The translations under genes and the position numbers were made by a program. From an uncultured virus (IMG/VR IMGVR_UViG_3300005613_005441) (Duplodnaviria > Heunggongvirae > Uroviricota > Caudoviricetes), in IMG/VR virus record IMGVR_UViG_3300005613_005441: a stretch of 64,000 bases of DNA. The stretch is one strand, 5' to 3'. Shown one piece after another: positions 30,364-42,183 of this stretch (its first letter is position 1; the number at the start of each line of letters is the position of its first letter). Below the pieces are notes generated by a model. It made no database searches, was not told where the DNA came from, and saw nothing but the letters and a program-made list of their open reading frames with translations.

Positions 30364-31092
30364 TTAGAGGCTGTCGACCAGCCGTTTGACCTGCACTTTC
30401 TTGATCCACTTGTGAATACTCTCCGGGTTCTTCATCAGCTCCTCGAAATCAATGGCATGAAACCGGGTGAGTATCGTCGGAATTTTTTTGTTATCCACTG
30501 GATACCAGACATTCTCTTTCCAGTGCCGATAGATCCCCATATCCTCCCCGTTGAACAGCTCCTGTACATGAACAGCAACATCCGGGTCTGCCGGATTGGT
30601 GACCTGGTTGAGGAACAGCGCCAACTGGAATGCTTTAGGCTTCATCAGCCTGCGCAGTCCCCTGTAGTCCTTGGTGTAGCGGCAGCGCGCGCTATGGAAC
30701 TCCTCGCCGTCAAATATCCATTTGATATTCATGCCGAGCAGCCTGAGCGCATGCTGCTTCTCCAAGTAATAAGGAGTCAGCGTGTGGATGAACTCACGCG
30801 CCTCTCCCCGCTTCTCGTTGATCGCATCGATACGATAAGTCTTATCTCCGATCTCAACCGGTACCTCGATCTCCCAATCAGGAAACGTGGCATAAGCCAG
30901 CTTGATCTTAAGGTGCCAGTCCGATTCTTTATGCGGGCACTTCGGCACATCGTGTTCCCGGGGATAGTGCGCCCAGTGATGAACATGACGCAGAGGCCGC
31001 TTGGCTACCAGCTTCTCCTTGCAGAACGGACAGGTACTGGTAGCCGGGTCCGGACAGGCCCAGACTGCTTCCCGGTTAGCATTTAATAACAT
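30364..31092 (-). CDS. CoiA-like (PD-(D/E)xK) nuclease
   Basis: CPFC...HWAH...ESDWHLKIK...IEVPVEIGDKTYRIDAI...WIFD; AAGGAG RBS before the ATG at 31092. Confidence 0.65.
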   Translation of the reverse strand: MLLNANREAVWACPDPATSTCPFCKEKLVAKRPLRHVHHWAHYPREHDVPKCPHKESDWHLKIKLAYATFPDWEIEVPVEIGDKTYRIDAINEKRGEAREFIHTLTPYYLEKQHALRLLGMNIKWIFDGEEFHSARCRYTKDYRGLRRLMKPKAFQLALFLNQVTNPADPDVAVHVQELFNGEDMGIYRHWKENVWYPVDNKKIPTILTRFHAIDFEELMKNPESIHKWIKKVQVKRLVDSL

Positions 31093-31139
31093 GGTTCTCC
31101 TTCCTCTTCCACCTCGCTGGTGAAAACGATTTTTGAATT

Positions 31140-31155
31140 TTCCGGAGCTCCGGAA
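31140..31155. promoter_or_regulatory. 16-bp palindrome TTCCGGAGCTCCGGAA, copy 2
   Basis: Exact match, 48 bp upstream of the CoiA-like gene. Confidence 0.7.
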
Positions 31156-31861
31156 TTTTGAGAAGAGCGGACCCGGCAGGCATCTGCCAAGACCGGGTCC
31201 GCGAAACCAGGCCGGACTGGGAGGGTTCGATTCAGCCGACCAGGTAAAACTAGGTAGTAAACTTCGGGCCGTTGTCAAAGCCCTTGAGCAGGTTCTTTAT
31301 GGCCTCCGCATCCGGATTGTCCTCCGGGTCGGGCTCGCGCCAGAAAGTGCCCCCTTTCAGCGCCTGGACGATATGCATCACGTCCGGACTGATAGCCGGG
31401 ACTCTGCCCGGGGGGTTGGGCATCCCGCGCCCCATCAACAGGAACGCGCAGAAATACAGCGATTTTTGATAATCATCGATGTTTGCCCAGCAGGATCTGA
31501 GATCCTGGAAATATTTCAGCAGCTCATCGGACGGGGGTTCCCCGACATTGGTACCGCTGTCCAACACCGCGTTGAACGTCAGTGAGGCCGTCAGCGCAAC
31601 GCTGAACGGCGGCGGTACCGTGACGATCTGGAACGACGCAATCTGCTGCAGCATGTGCAGCAGCTCCTCCGCGCCTTCCCGATCGACAAGTGCTTTGTTG
31701 CATCTGCCTCCGGCGACTACACCCTCGCCCTCGACGAGCGGAGTGTTCCAGATGACCAGCCCATGCACTTTTGTCAGTGTCACGAGTGTGGCCTGCCCCG
31801 GAGATAGTTTTGATACAATTGGTAGATTCATATCATAAAATACCCTCCTGATACTTTCATG

Positions 31862-32923
31862 TCAAACTTCATTATAGAAGACAGCACTCTCCGTCATCCT
31901 GCGGACATCGTCCATCGTCGCCCCTCCATAGAACACGGCGATATTTGCAAAACTTACCTCATCGGTCAAATACTTGATATCCACTTTCGACGGCAGCTTA
32001 TTAAAATCCAGTGCCGCTCCTTTAAAATCCTCGATAGCCAACAGCGCTGTCCTGGGGTCGCAACTGGTAGTACAACTCTTCAAGGTCTTGGTGTTGGTAG
32101 GCGCCAACTTATTGAACCGAAGCGCTCCGCTGCCGAGCCTCGTAAATACCAACCATTCTCCATAGGTGGAGTATTGGCCGGAAGCTCGGTCTATCGGCAG
32201 GACCGCCTCGAGCCTGCGCCCGTAAAGATACCGGGCCGCGTGCTCAAAGAAATAAGGCAGCAGGACGACCGGATCGAAAAAGACTTCCATCGCGAACGTC
32301 CCGGTATGGACCCAGTCCTCCCACTTCAAAGTGCACGCCCCACCCCCCAGCAGCTTGGCCGCCGGCTTGGACAGCGTGTAGCTCTTGTCCGCCAGGTTGT
32401 TGAACACCTGCAACCCCGTGTACTGGGTATGCTCCAGATTGGGGGAAAAGCACAGGACCAGTTTATTGGGATAGGTCCTGAGCTCGTAGATCCCCGTCAT
32501 CCGGTAATCTTCATAGCGGGTGTCTGTGTACTCATATTCCAGCGTCCCGGCACATACCCGGGTGCCGTGCTCCCCGACACCTTTTACTTTTCCGCAGGCC
32601 CTCCCAAGATACTGAGCCTCGTTGTCGATATGTCTTTTATCGGCAGCCGCCTGGTTGAAGGCCTTGTCGAACAGCTGCCCGGGATAAGAGTCCAGATCAT
32701 ATCTGGGCAGCTCGGCGCCATCGACCGGAAAATCCTCATCTTCCTCGGGGAGTTCCAGCGCATAGCACATCAGGCCCTTGGCTGTCACCACGGACAGCCA
32801 GAGCCTGTTTTCCTCTTCGACCCAGCCCGCTATCTCGGCCCAGTACAACGGGGGCCTGACATCGGCATCGACCTTGATCTCCCGACCTCCTAGCCAGTCT
32901 CTGATCTTATCAGCGACAATCAT
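31862..32923 (-). CDS. Hypothetical protein
   Basis: 353 aa ORF with AAGGAGG RBS, coupled to the VWA gene. Confidence 0.6.
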   Translation of the reverse strand: MIVADKIRDWLGGREIKVDADVRPPLYWAEIAGWVEEENRLWLSVVTAKGLMCYALELPEEDEDFPVDGAELPRYDLDSYPGQLFDKAFNQAAADKRHIDNEAQYLGRACGKVKGVGEHGTRVCAGTLEYEYTDTRYEDYRMTGIYELRTYPNKLVLCFSPNLEHTQYTGLQVFNNLADKSYTLSKPAAKLLGGGACTLKWEDWVHTGTFAMEVFFDPVVLLPYFFEHAARYLYGRRLEAVLPIDRASGQYSTYGEWLVFTRLGSGALRFNKLAPTNTKTLKSCTTSCDPRTALLAIEDFKGAALDFNKLPSKVDIKYLTDEVSFANIAVFYGGATMDDVRRMTESAVFYNEV

Positions 32924-34281
32924 CAGTATCCTCCTTTGTTTGAAGTCTCGATGACATCCCCGAAAGATTCGAGCTGCTTCTTCTTCTCCTTCCGATGGCC
33001 GGTAAGTACGATCAACCGGGAACAGCTTGCCGGCAGATCATCATAGCACTGCTGGATATCGCTCTCGCCGTCCGTAAAGGACACGAGCACCTGCACTCCC
33101 GGCACGTTCTCGTTTACCCACTCGACTACCGGCTTGTGGCTGGTGCCTCCGCCGCCGTGGATCTCGATCTTGTCCGCGATGTCTTCCGCGTCCTGACTGC
33201 TCAGCTCGAAGACATCGTGGATATCGGCATCGCATACCAGCACCCAGGCCTTGACGTTAGGCCAGGCGTTCAGCAGATAGTACAGCTCGCTGACCGCCTT
33301 CTCCTTGTCGTCCTTGCCCATGGAGCCCGAGCTGTCCATGTGGTAGACCAGCTCCAGGTTCTCGCGGATTACGCTGGGCAGGTAGATATCGTTATCATAG
33401 AACGTCTTGCGCGGACGACGGTAAGTGAAGTCCGTGATGATGTTCCGCTCTATGAATTGCTCTATGTAGATGTACCACGGGATCTCGGGATCAAGCACCC
33501 GCTCTATCTCCATCCGGATACCGGCGGGAACATGGCCCCTGGTCATCTCGCAGTTGGTCTGCGCGTCGAGCATACGGTTGCGCCATTCCCTTCCCAGCCC
33601 TTCCAGCTTCTGCTGGTAAGTGGTACCGGGATCTTCATCGCTTTCACCGTCACCTTCGCCGCTGCCTTCCCCGTCCTTCTTGTCCTTACCGTGGTTACGG
33701 GGATCCTGCTTGTCCGACCAGATATGGATTTCCCAGCCGCCGTCCTGGCTGCCGTCGGAGGCAGTCGCCGCCGGGAGCCTGCCGTTCTGCCGCAGCTGGC
33801 TGATGATCTCATCATAGACCTCTTCAGTGGCCTTCCTGTTTATTTCACAGATAGTGACATCCCAGTCCTCCAGCGTACAGCAATGGGAGTCGTCCGGTAT
33901 GCAGGGAGATTTCGGAAGCTCCTTGCCGAGACCTTCCTCGACAAGCATCGAATTGATCGACAGGTCACAGGATACGCCCCAGATATGATCGTCCCGGACT
34001 CCCTGGCGGGCGAAATGGTTGAGCGTGGGATGAAGCACCTCGTGGCAGTTGACAGCCATCAGCTCCTCTTCCGTCAGCTTGTTAACCCAGGACTCCAGGT
34101 AATACAGATTACCGTAGATATCCACGCCCATCGTCCGAGTACCTCCCGCCAGGTCCTGCGGATCGGTCTTCTTCGGTTCCAGATATACTGCTAGGTAGCT
34201 GAAGAACGGGTACCGGCGCCGCAGCTGGACCTTGGCCCGGATGATCCGCTCTTCAGCGGTTGTAATTGCCGTCATGGCCAT
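32923..34281 (-). CDS. Putative metallopeptidase plus VWA domain protein (DUF2201-like)
   Basis: HEVLH (HExxH); MIDAS DSSGSM; GGGGTSH; FTDG. Confidence 0.85.
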   Translation of the reverse strand: MAMTAITTAEERIIRAKVQLRRRYPFFSYLAVYLEPKKTDPQDLAGGTRTMGVDIYGNLYYLESWVNKLTEEELMAVNCHEVLHPTLNHFARQGVRDDHIWGVSCDLSINSMLVEEGLGKELPKSPCIPDDSHCCTLEDWDVTICEINRKATEEVYDEIISQLRQNGRLPAATASDGSQDGGWEIHIWSDKQDPRNHGKDKKDGEGSGEGDGESDEDPGTTYQQKLEGLGREWRNRMLDAQTNCEMTRGHVPAGIRMEIERVLDPEIPWYIYIEQFIERNIITDFTYRRPRKTFYDNDIYLPSVIRENLELVYHMDSSGSMGKDDKEKAVSELYYLLNAWPNVKAWVLVCDADIHDVFELSSQDAEDIADKIEIHGGGGTSHKPVVEWVNENVPGVQVLVSFTDGESDIQQCYDDLPASCSRLIVLTGHRKEKKKQLESFGDVIETSNKGGY

Positions 34282-34473
34282 AATATGTCTCCGTAATAAG
34301 CTGCCCGACAGCTGTCGGAACAGCATTCCTGTTTATTATCCTCCGGCCTGAACACCTGGCCGCACCACCTGCACACCCGGTCGTAATCCTTCCAGGCGGC
34401 AGGGCAGCCATGTTCATGGCAGAGGACTCCGTTAATCATCAGAGCTTCGCATTGATCGCACATAAATACCTCC

Positions 34474-34646
34474 TTGATACTGAAAGCTCGTGTCGCCGGC
34501 TAAGCTTCTCGGCCTGCGACACGTTGCTAAGCGTTGGCACTAGCCGTAGAGAATACTCCTCCTGCAGGAAATCCGGCAGGAGGAGTCCGATGAAACTCCG
34601 GATATCTCTGCACGGCGACGGTGATTCACCGTCTAACGTCTATCAA
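34474..34646 (-). ncRNA. Orphan retron-like msr-msd unit
   Basis: Minus strand TTGATA-G...G-TATCAA arms enclose three hairpins. The plus-strand hairpin CGACGGTGATTCACCGTCTA resembles CGACAGTGAAACACCGTCTA in array unit 4. Confidence 0.65.
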
Positions 34647-34647
34647 A

Positions 34648-35766
34648 TCATTTCAAGTATTTATACAAGCGCTGGTACATCCATTCAAACTCAGGTTTTT
34701 CCAGCACTGCCTTGAGCTGCGGCTTCTCGATCTTGTTCTTCACCATCGAGAGCATCATCAGGCTCAAGTCTTCGCGACCAAGATATTCAGCCACCCGGAG
34801 CGTCTTCTCAAGATGGCCCTTCTTCTTGACATTCTCAACGGCCCAACTCGTGAAAGCGATCTTATGGTCAAGCGTCAGACCCTCTACCCTCTTAGGGTTA
34901 TCGAGGCAGCCCTGGCAGTCGATCTGGTCCCGCAGCTCGATGAAACTCGTGAACGCCGCAGCGTAAGCATCTCCTACCCGGGAAGCCACTACCGCCTCCA
35001 GGAACTCACGGTCGTCGCTGTCCACCTGGTCTTTGACCAGGTTGGAAGTGATGGCTATGGAACGAGGAGTGGGATAGGCATCCTGCTTCCTGTCCTCCAG
35101 CTTCTGGAAGAGCAGTTCCGGCTTGAACATGGTAAACGAGATAAGCCGCTCGTCGATATTGTTGTCCCAGGCCCATTTGACCCATTGGTCGGCCGTGGGG
35201 ACACCGAGCTCGACATGGCCCATCCGATTCTTCAAATGTTCCAGCATATCGATAACGCCGCATTTGTCCTGCTTACGGTTGGATGCGCCCACTACTGCGA
35301 CATTGTCGCTGACCTTCAGCGTGCCGAGCATGCCGCGCAGGAACATGTTGGCGACCGGTTTCTGGACCGCCTGCTGTGCCTGCAGCAGCTCGTCGAAAAA
35401 CGCCAGCCCGTGGACTTCAGGTTGGGACAGGACCCAGAACTGCAGGTCCGGGATCCACTCCATGAAATCCTCACGGGAACGGGGCAGCCCGCCGAGATCT
35501 TCCGGCAGCTTGGCCAGCAGGTCGATCAGGCTCAAGAAATAAGAGGTCTCCCGGAGTTCCTTCTTGAAGTAGAACTCGGATTTGTCCTGCTGGCTCAGCT
35601 TCGACCAGACCACCAGTTTCTTGTCCAGCTTCTTGGCCATGTACGCAGCCATGTCCTCGACCCCCTCGGTTTTTCCGATGCCTGGCTCTCCCCTTACCAT
35701 CAGGGATTCACCCTTATTTATATGCAGCAGCATCAGGCGCCGCATGTCTTCATGGTTAACTTTCAT
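34648..35766 (-). CDS. MoxR-like AAA+ ATPase
   Basis: Walker A GEPGIGKT; Walker B AFFDEL; VVGASNR; PTPRS; near the VWA gene. Confidence 0.85.
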   Translation of the reverse strand: MKVNHEDMRRLMLLHINKGESLMVRGEPGIGKTEGVEDMAAYMAKKLDKKLVVWSKLSQQDKSEFYFKKELRETSYFLSLIDLLAKLPEDLGGLPRSREDFMEWIPDLQFWVLSQPEVHGLAFFDELLQAQQAVQKPVANMFLRGMLGTLKVSDNVAVVGASNRKQDKCGVIDMLEHLKNRMGHVELGVPTADQWVKWAWDNNIDERLISFTMFKPELLFQKLEDRKQDAYPTPRSIAITSNLVKDQVDSDDREFLEAVVASRVGDAYAAAFTSFIELRDQIDCQGCLDNPKRVEGLTLDHKIAFTSWAVENVKKKGHLEKTLRVAEYLGREDLSLMMLSMVKNKIEKPQLKAVLEKPEFEWMYQRLYKYLK

Positions 35767-35780
35767 ATATAAAACCCTCC

Positions 35781-38700
35781 TTATAATAGGTCAATAAATA
35801 TTTCTTTGTTAATGTCCTGGCGGAACTCCTCGATCATCCGGTAAGTCTCGCCGCCTTCTTTAACACCTCTGTACTGTAGCCGGAGCTTCAGTATCTTCCA
35901 TAGATCGTCTACGGATAATTTATCCCGGGAATAATATGGCAGCTCCATCATGATGACTGTATCATCGTGGGCCTGCCTCTCTACCTCTTTGATCCGCGCC
36001 GTATCGAGCTCGATCACTTCACGGATGTTATGGATCTCCGAGCGGACCAGGGACTGATGCCTGCTTGTCGTGGATGAATAATAATCCACATTGAACGCGA
36101 CCGTGTATCCGAATCGGATCCATATCGCGATAGGGAAATGGCTGCCGTACGAATAGACCGTACGGCCGTCCGTCCACATCCGCGAGCCGGTGCGGGATCT
36201 GCCCTTGCCGAAAGCGTCTGCTACGTCCGAATGGCTATAAGACATATGCCCGCCCTCCGTCGCGGACCGCCTGTTCATGCAGCTTTTTAGAAAACCTGGT
36301 CAGCCGGCATTTAATACCATGCCCCACTCCCAGATCCCCGTAAGCACCTTTAAGCCATTTGAACAGCTCATCATACATGAACTGCTGGGCTGTGGCTTCA
36401 TGGGATATGAACGACAGGAAACCGCCATTGGCAATGGACTCGCGCATACTGTCGGCTTTTCCCAGCAGCAGCGTATCCGTCTCCTCCCACTTGACATATT
36501 CCGCCTTAGCCGCTTTCTTCAATGACGTCACATACCGTTTCAGCCGCTTGCGCTCCCATTCGAAAAAGTTGGGCAAGTGCTCGCTGAAATACACGCAACG
36601 ATAGCCTTTGACGGCCAGTATCTTCCCGTTGTACAACAGCGTGTTTCCGTACACGCGGAAAGGTTTTTTCTCCTTATTATGCAGGTGGCAAGATAGAAAA
36701 CACTCAAACAATTTCTTAACCGACTTGCATTTTTTTACCACACTGGGTATACTCATATCTATGGATACATTAGAAGATATGCGTATCGATCCATCGCTCA
36801 AAGAAGTCGCTCTTGACCAGCTTGTCGACCATCTTCTGGAACGCTATTGCGATGTCCCGGAAGCACTGGGCGAGCTTGCTTTACCAAGAGACCTGTTCAC
36901 CGAGGAAGACGTAGCCGAGGAAGGGTTGAAACGCTGTCCTTCCTGCAACCACTGGGTCCACGAAGACGACCTCGAGGGACAGAGCTGTCTGCTTTGTACG
37001 ATGTAACGATCACTTCAGATGCAAATTCTGCAGCACGTTTATTTCGGAGATCAGTTTATCATACTGCTCCTCCGAAAGCTGCGGCCACACCTTATCGATT
37101 AAATAATTTTCCAACTCGGCAAAGAACTTACCGAGCTTTTCAGGATCTACTCCCTGACACGCCCAGCCATCGACTTCCTTCCTGGTCTGGGGTCGGAAAT
37201 TATTACCGCTGATCCTGCGTGATGGCTTCGTTTTCTTTGAAGCCGGGGATGCTGAATAACCCATAATCATCTACCTTTCTTGACTACAATTTTAACAGGA
37301 AGTCTTCTAATGCTTCCCGCTTCTCCAACTCTTCAGCGGCTTCCGGATATTTACTGATGATATCCCTTAGTGCCGCTATCTCCTTGTCACGACGGTCTCC
37401 CTCGAGGGGTGTCATGATCAGCGGCGTATGCTCCCCGACATACGCGCCCTCTATATTGTAGCCGATCCATTCCTCAGCCTCTTCGGCTGTCATACCTTCG
37501 CGGACGATCAGGATCTCCATGATCAGGTCCCGGTTGTAGACTATCGCCTCCGGATGACCGGCCCCGAATGTCACGCCGATAGCCGCATCGTCATAACCAT
37601 CGGCTTTCAGTAGTTCCAGATCGGACCAGCCCATCTCATCTATACGTTCATCCAGATTCATGACGCTTTCCTTTCCCGCGCAATGGCGATGACCAGGCAC
37701 TGCTCGCAAAAATATCGGCAGATATTCTGAACTGTAGCATCGAAATCCTGGACGAGCGAGACGCGGTCCCGCAGCTGCTCAATCGGCCAGCGATCCGGGT
37801 CCTCAAAATCCTCACACTGGTCCAGGCCCCCGTTCGTGTTCTTCTGATAGAGCACGATGTAGCCGCCGGAACGCCCGTTGAAACCGAGCTTATATTCCGG
37901 GTTCCTCTCATTGAACTGGCGCATCAGCCAGCGAATGTTTTCCCAAAGGTCGAAGTAATCGTCTTCGTCACTCCAGACAGCGTCGTATGCCACGTCCTGG
38001 GCCCGGCCGGGAAGATCAAGTTTATGTACTTTGACATTATGGGCATAGCTGTGCAGCCCGTTCCAGGAGTTCATAGTCGAATACCGGAAATGGTTCTCCA
38101 GGTAATCGACCATCTCCTGACGCTTACGTTTATCGACCTTTGTCAGGAAGTTTTTCATCCTTCTTCTTTCTCTTGGGTGTGGGGTCATAACTCATGGAAT
38201 CAGCCGCGTAATCACGCAGCCGCTGTGGAAAGGACTTCTTCCAGAACAGCTTGATATTCCGACCGTCCATGTAGCACAGTGCCTTGATCATCGCGTCCAT
38301 GGCCTCCTCCACCAGCTTGATCCTTGTTTCTGCAAAGCCCTCTCTAATAAGTCTTTGCTGGTATTTCGATCTGTTACTAGGATAAGTCATTTGTTTATCA
38401 CCGTTTGTGGTTTAACCTCAGTACCGACAATGCAGTCGGAAACGAATACTATACGCGGCCGGCCCTCTTCATCACGCTTATAGCGCTCATGTGCCAGCGT
38501 TCGGAAATGCCAACGGCGGTAATGTACCTTGGGCGAGCCGTGCTCGACCGCCTTCTTCGGCAACATCCGAATCATCCCGGTGCTTGCCTTGAAATTCCGG
38601 TCTTTGATCTCCCGGGGCTTTACTGCCGACGGAAAACCGTCGACCAGTAGCTCAGGAAATGCCCTCATGTACACTGCCAGCGAACAGACGATCTTGAGCA

Positions 38701-39340
38701 ACACGTACTGCAGATGCCGCTCTTCATCGCTCAGTTCTGCTGCCATCACCCCGTCGTACCCACCGACCGCATCCCTGATCGCGTCCGGGCTCTCCAGGCA
38801 GTCAGGTATAAGCTCCACGGGTATGGAGCACCTGGCTTTCTGGTCATCGTATGCCTGGGTGACCAGATGCAGCGACCGCGTCGACCCCGGCACCGTCTCC
38901 GGCACGATCATCTCGTACAGATGGTCGATATTGTTATGTTTCTTGAACTTCTCGAAAAGCTGGGGACGCGCTTTCTTGCTGGTCAGACTGACCAGGCATC
39001 CCCGGAGCTTGACGCCATCGAACTCTGCCATTGGCAGCGACAGCATGAAATATTCATAAGGCAACTCGAAGGCCTCCGGCGTGATCTCAAACTTCGCGTC
39101 CCAGAGCATCCGCAGCAGCTCCTCGTTCTCCGGGAACAGCATATGATTGCCGCCGGTATAGGCTCCGAATTCATCGAGCAGCACAGCCGCCCCCAGGGTA
39201 TTCACCGGTCCCTGGAGGGACATCATCCAGGCGACCGCCAGCTTAACGATATCCTTCTGTTTCTTAGGCAGCTGCGCCACTTTTCGAAAATGCTGGGCAA
39301 GCTGGCTGGTATAGAACTTGTAGACACAATAATCCATCAT
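35781..39340 (-). other. Run of hypothetical phage genes
   Basis: ORFs 35781-36278, 36235-36801, 37010-37270, 37284-37709, 37658-38188, 38130-38390 and 38387-39340. A small plus-strand zinc-finger ORF also lies at ~36779-37006. Confidence 0.55.
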
Positions 39341-39352
39341 TAACCTCCAAAA

Positions 39353-39368
39353 TTCCGGAGCTCCGGAA
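39353..39368. promoter_or_regulatory. 16-bp palindrome TTCCGGAGCTCCGGAA, copy 3
   Basis: Exact match, next to the RBS of 38387-39340. Confidence 0.7.
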
Positions 39369-39449
39369 AATCTGTAGTACCACGGAAATACTGTTTGTTA
39401 TCTCAAAATTCCATGATATAATAAAGAATGGTGGCACTAAGGAAACTGT

Positions 39450-39623
39450 ATGTCTGATACCGACAACAAACGACCGCGCCGGTGCCTGGGATGCGGCAAT
39501 ATGTTTGAAAGCAGCAGTCCCGGCAACCGTTTTTGCAAGACCTGCAAAAAATCGCGGAAGCGATTATCAGGCGGCATTTTGTCCTTTGATGTCGACAACA
39601 ACAAAACCTATGACTCCTTCTGA
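39450..39623 (+). CDS. Small zinc-finger protein (57 aa)
   Basis: Hand translation MSDTDNKRPRRCLGCGNMFESSSPGNRFCKTCKK...; CxxC...CxxC. Confidence 0.55.
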   Translation: MSDTDNKRPRRCLGCGNMFESSSPGNRFCKTCKKSRKRLSGGILSFDVDNNKTYDSF

Positions 39624-41171
39624 CCCTTTGACTCGCTGAGCTCCAGGAACAATTCCTCCCACTCTCTGTAATCCTCGTTCAATAATTTATTCTTCCTGGC
39701 TGCCTCGATCTCTTTCCACATCATCCCGGGCAGCGCTGTATCCAGAGCCGCCCCCGTCGGGAACCGCTCATTAAGTTTGATCAGTGTGAACCGCTTCTTC
39801 CGGCGTTTATGCTTCAGTACCATGGAGCCTTTCTTATACCCCATGACAATATTATACTGCGGCAGTGCCCTCATCATCGGCAGAAATATAACCTCTTTGG
39901 GCCCGGTAAGTATTTTCTTGAACAATACCAGCTCCCAGCCGAACGAATGTTTATCGCCCCACAGGACATACTTTATGTTTTCATTTTCCTGCGGGAACTT
40001 AACGCCGTCGGTTGCCTCGGTCACTACCTCTTCGAGACTGTTGAATTTTCGTCTGTCCATTGTCATTCTCCTTCAATGCCTGGTTGACCACCTTCTCGAT
40101 CTTTTCCATCGAGTCCGAACCTCCTTTACGCAGCAAAAGCTGCACACGCGTCAGAGCCTGATAATAATCCCAGGACTTGACAAACAGCTTGGCGTTTTTA
40201 ACACCTTTGACTGTCGCCACCAGCTTGCCGTCGTCGTCCTTGATCTCAAAATGACTCTGCGTTATCTCCAGATTCCAGAACCCCATCAATCCTCCTCCTC
40301 AGGGAAAGGGGCCCGTTCCGGACTCCAGGCAAGAAACCTGGAATCACTGTTATACACTGCCCATCCTCTATGGATAAGCTGCTTCTCGAGCTCACGGAAA
40401 GCATCGACCTGTCCTTCGTCATGCAACAGGTCCTGGACGGCAATCCGCGAATCGGCTTCCATCTCGAACCGGCCGATGAACCGGAGGCATTCCGCCTCGC
40501 TTACCGGCCCTTCGTCAAACCATATGGCTTCATCGAAGGACTCGTAGAAATCACCGTCCTCGGGCTCACACTGGTACTTCTTTCCTTCTGGACGCCCCTC
40601 TTCTGCAAAGCGCTTCTTCACTTCTGAGAGTCTAGGCATTGCTCACCTCCTTACAGTTTATCTATAAATAAGCCCAACTCGATGATCTTCCGACCCTCCT
40701 CCGTAAGCGGTTTTTTGACTACCCACTCACGATCTTCTCCCTTTTCAGCTCTTTCGTAATCCCGCATGAAAAGTTCAAGATTGACAGGCCCCGTATCTTT
40801 CCACGTCATATCAACATGCTTCCGCTTCCGGCGCTGCTTCTTGTTTTTTCTCTCCTTCTTGTACAACATGAATTTCTTATCGCTCGTATAGCACAGTTTA
40901 AGTCTAAACTTCTTTCGCTGCTTATGACGCAGGATCGTCAGTATCTGCGCGCTCATCCGCGACCGCTTTCCACCACCGGGAATTTAGGCAGATCCGCCCA
41001 GAGCGGGCACACCTTCTTATCAGTGGCCAGCGCCTCGTTATCGTCGTGCGTGCATATCGGCTCCTCGTTGTATCGACAGTTCCTGCACAGCTCCTCGAAA
41101 CTGATCACCGCTTTCTCTTTGCTCATCGTAACTCTCCTTGTTTTTTCAAAATTCAATGTTACAATAGTGTT

Positions 41172-41696
41172 ATGAAATGTTTCACGTTGACACCGGCAGA
41201 CCGGGTCGCCAATGGTATTACAACGGCCCATTACAATGTCTCCGGCAGCCCACCGAACAAGCGCGGCAAGCTGCTGGAAGTGTCTGTCGCCCTTGAAGTG
41301 ATCGCCGGCCTCGACAACGTCCCTCTCAAAGAGTTGATCAAAGCCGGCGACCCCAATACTTTTCTCTACGGCGTCGCCTATCTCACGCCTCCCCGTAAGA
41401 ACGAGACGGATATGCTGCCGGAAGGTTCGCTACTTGTCCAGATAGATATGAACTCACATTTCTGCGACCCCTCCTACGGGGACAGCGGCCCGCTGGTCGC
41501 CTGGAGCGGCTCCGACGGCCTCTTCCTCTGCGTTCCCGGCAAGACCGCGATCCGCAATCTCGAGAGCGGTGCTGTCTTTACCAACGAAAAAGGAGTACTG
41601 ACTAAAAGCGCGGACCCGATTAAATTGCTCAAGAAAGTGACAAACAATCGGGACAAGGAACGCCGGAAGAACGGTTCGACGTTGTTAAAGGTTTAA
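41172..41696 (+). CDS. Hypothetical protein
   Basis: Plus-strand ORF from MKCFTLTP over a stretch with no long minus-strand ORF. Confidence 0.5.
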   Translation: MKCFTLTPADRVANGITTAHYNVSGSPPNKRGKLLEVSVALEVIAGLDNVPLKELIKAGDPNTFLYGVAYLTPPRKNETDMLPEGSLLVQIDMNSHFCDPSYGDSGPLVAWSGSDGLFLCVPGKTAIRNLESGAVFTNEKGVLTKSADPIKLLKKVTNNRDKERRKNGSTLLKV

Positions 41697-42098
41697 AAGG
41701 CGAGGGATTGGTTTATTACTCAGGCCGTCGCTTACCGAGGAGTGGCCTAAAGCTCTCTCGAGCCCTCATAAGAAGAACGGCTCACAAGGCGCTAGGGTCC
41801 CCGGATGCAGGACGCTCCCCGATTTAATCCTAATACGCTCCGTTTCGGATACCTTGTTATTGCCGCTCAAAAAATGGCGCCAGGATGCGTTCGAGGTGCA
41901 CAGCACGGTCGGCAGCAACGCACAAAATAACCAACCGCTCTCGCCCGCTTACCCAGGAGCGAGCTATAACTCTCTGGAGCCCTCATGTGATAGTAAAAGG
42001 TGCCCGATGCAGACATCATTTTCATAGTTTTATGTGGAGGCGTTCCCCCACTGGCCTGCTACGTCGTCGGGCTGCGACAGTAATTGCAAACAAGAAAT

Positions 42099-42175
42099 TG
42101 GTGGATGAGGCAGGACCCTAACCTGCTGTAGCACTCCCGCCAGCTTAAAGGCCGACCTTAGATCGCTACCCATCC
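42099..42175 (-). ncRNA. tRNA-like RNA: acceptor stem, T-arm and CCA present; D and anticodon arms non-canonical
   Basis: GGATGGG/CTCATCC-A-CCA acceptor stem; GCAGG-TTAGGGT-CCTGC T-like arm; 8 nt downstream of the tmRNA. Confidence 0.5.
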
Positions 42176-42183
42176 TTAATATT

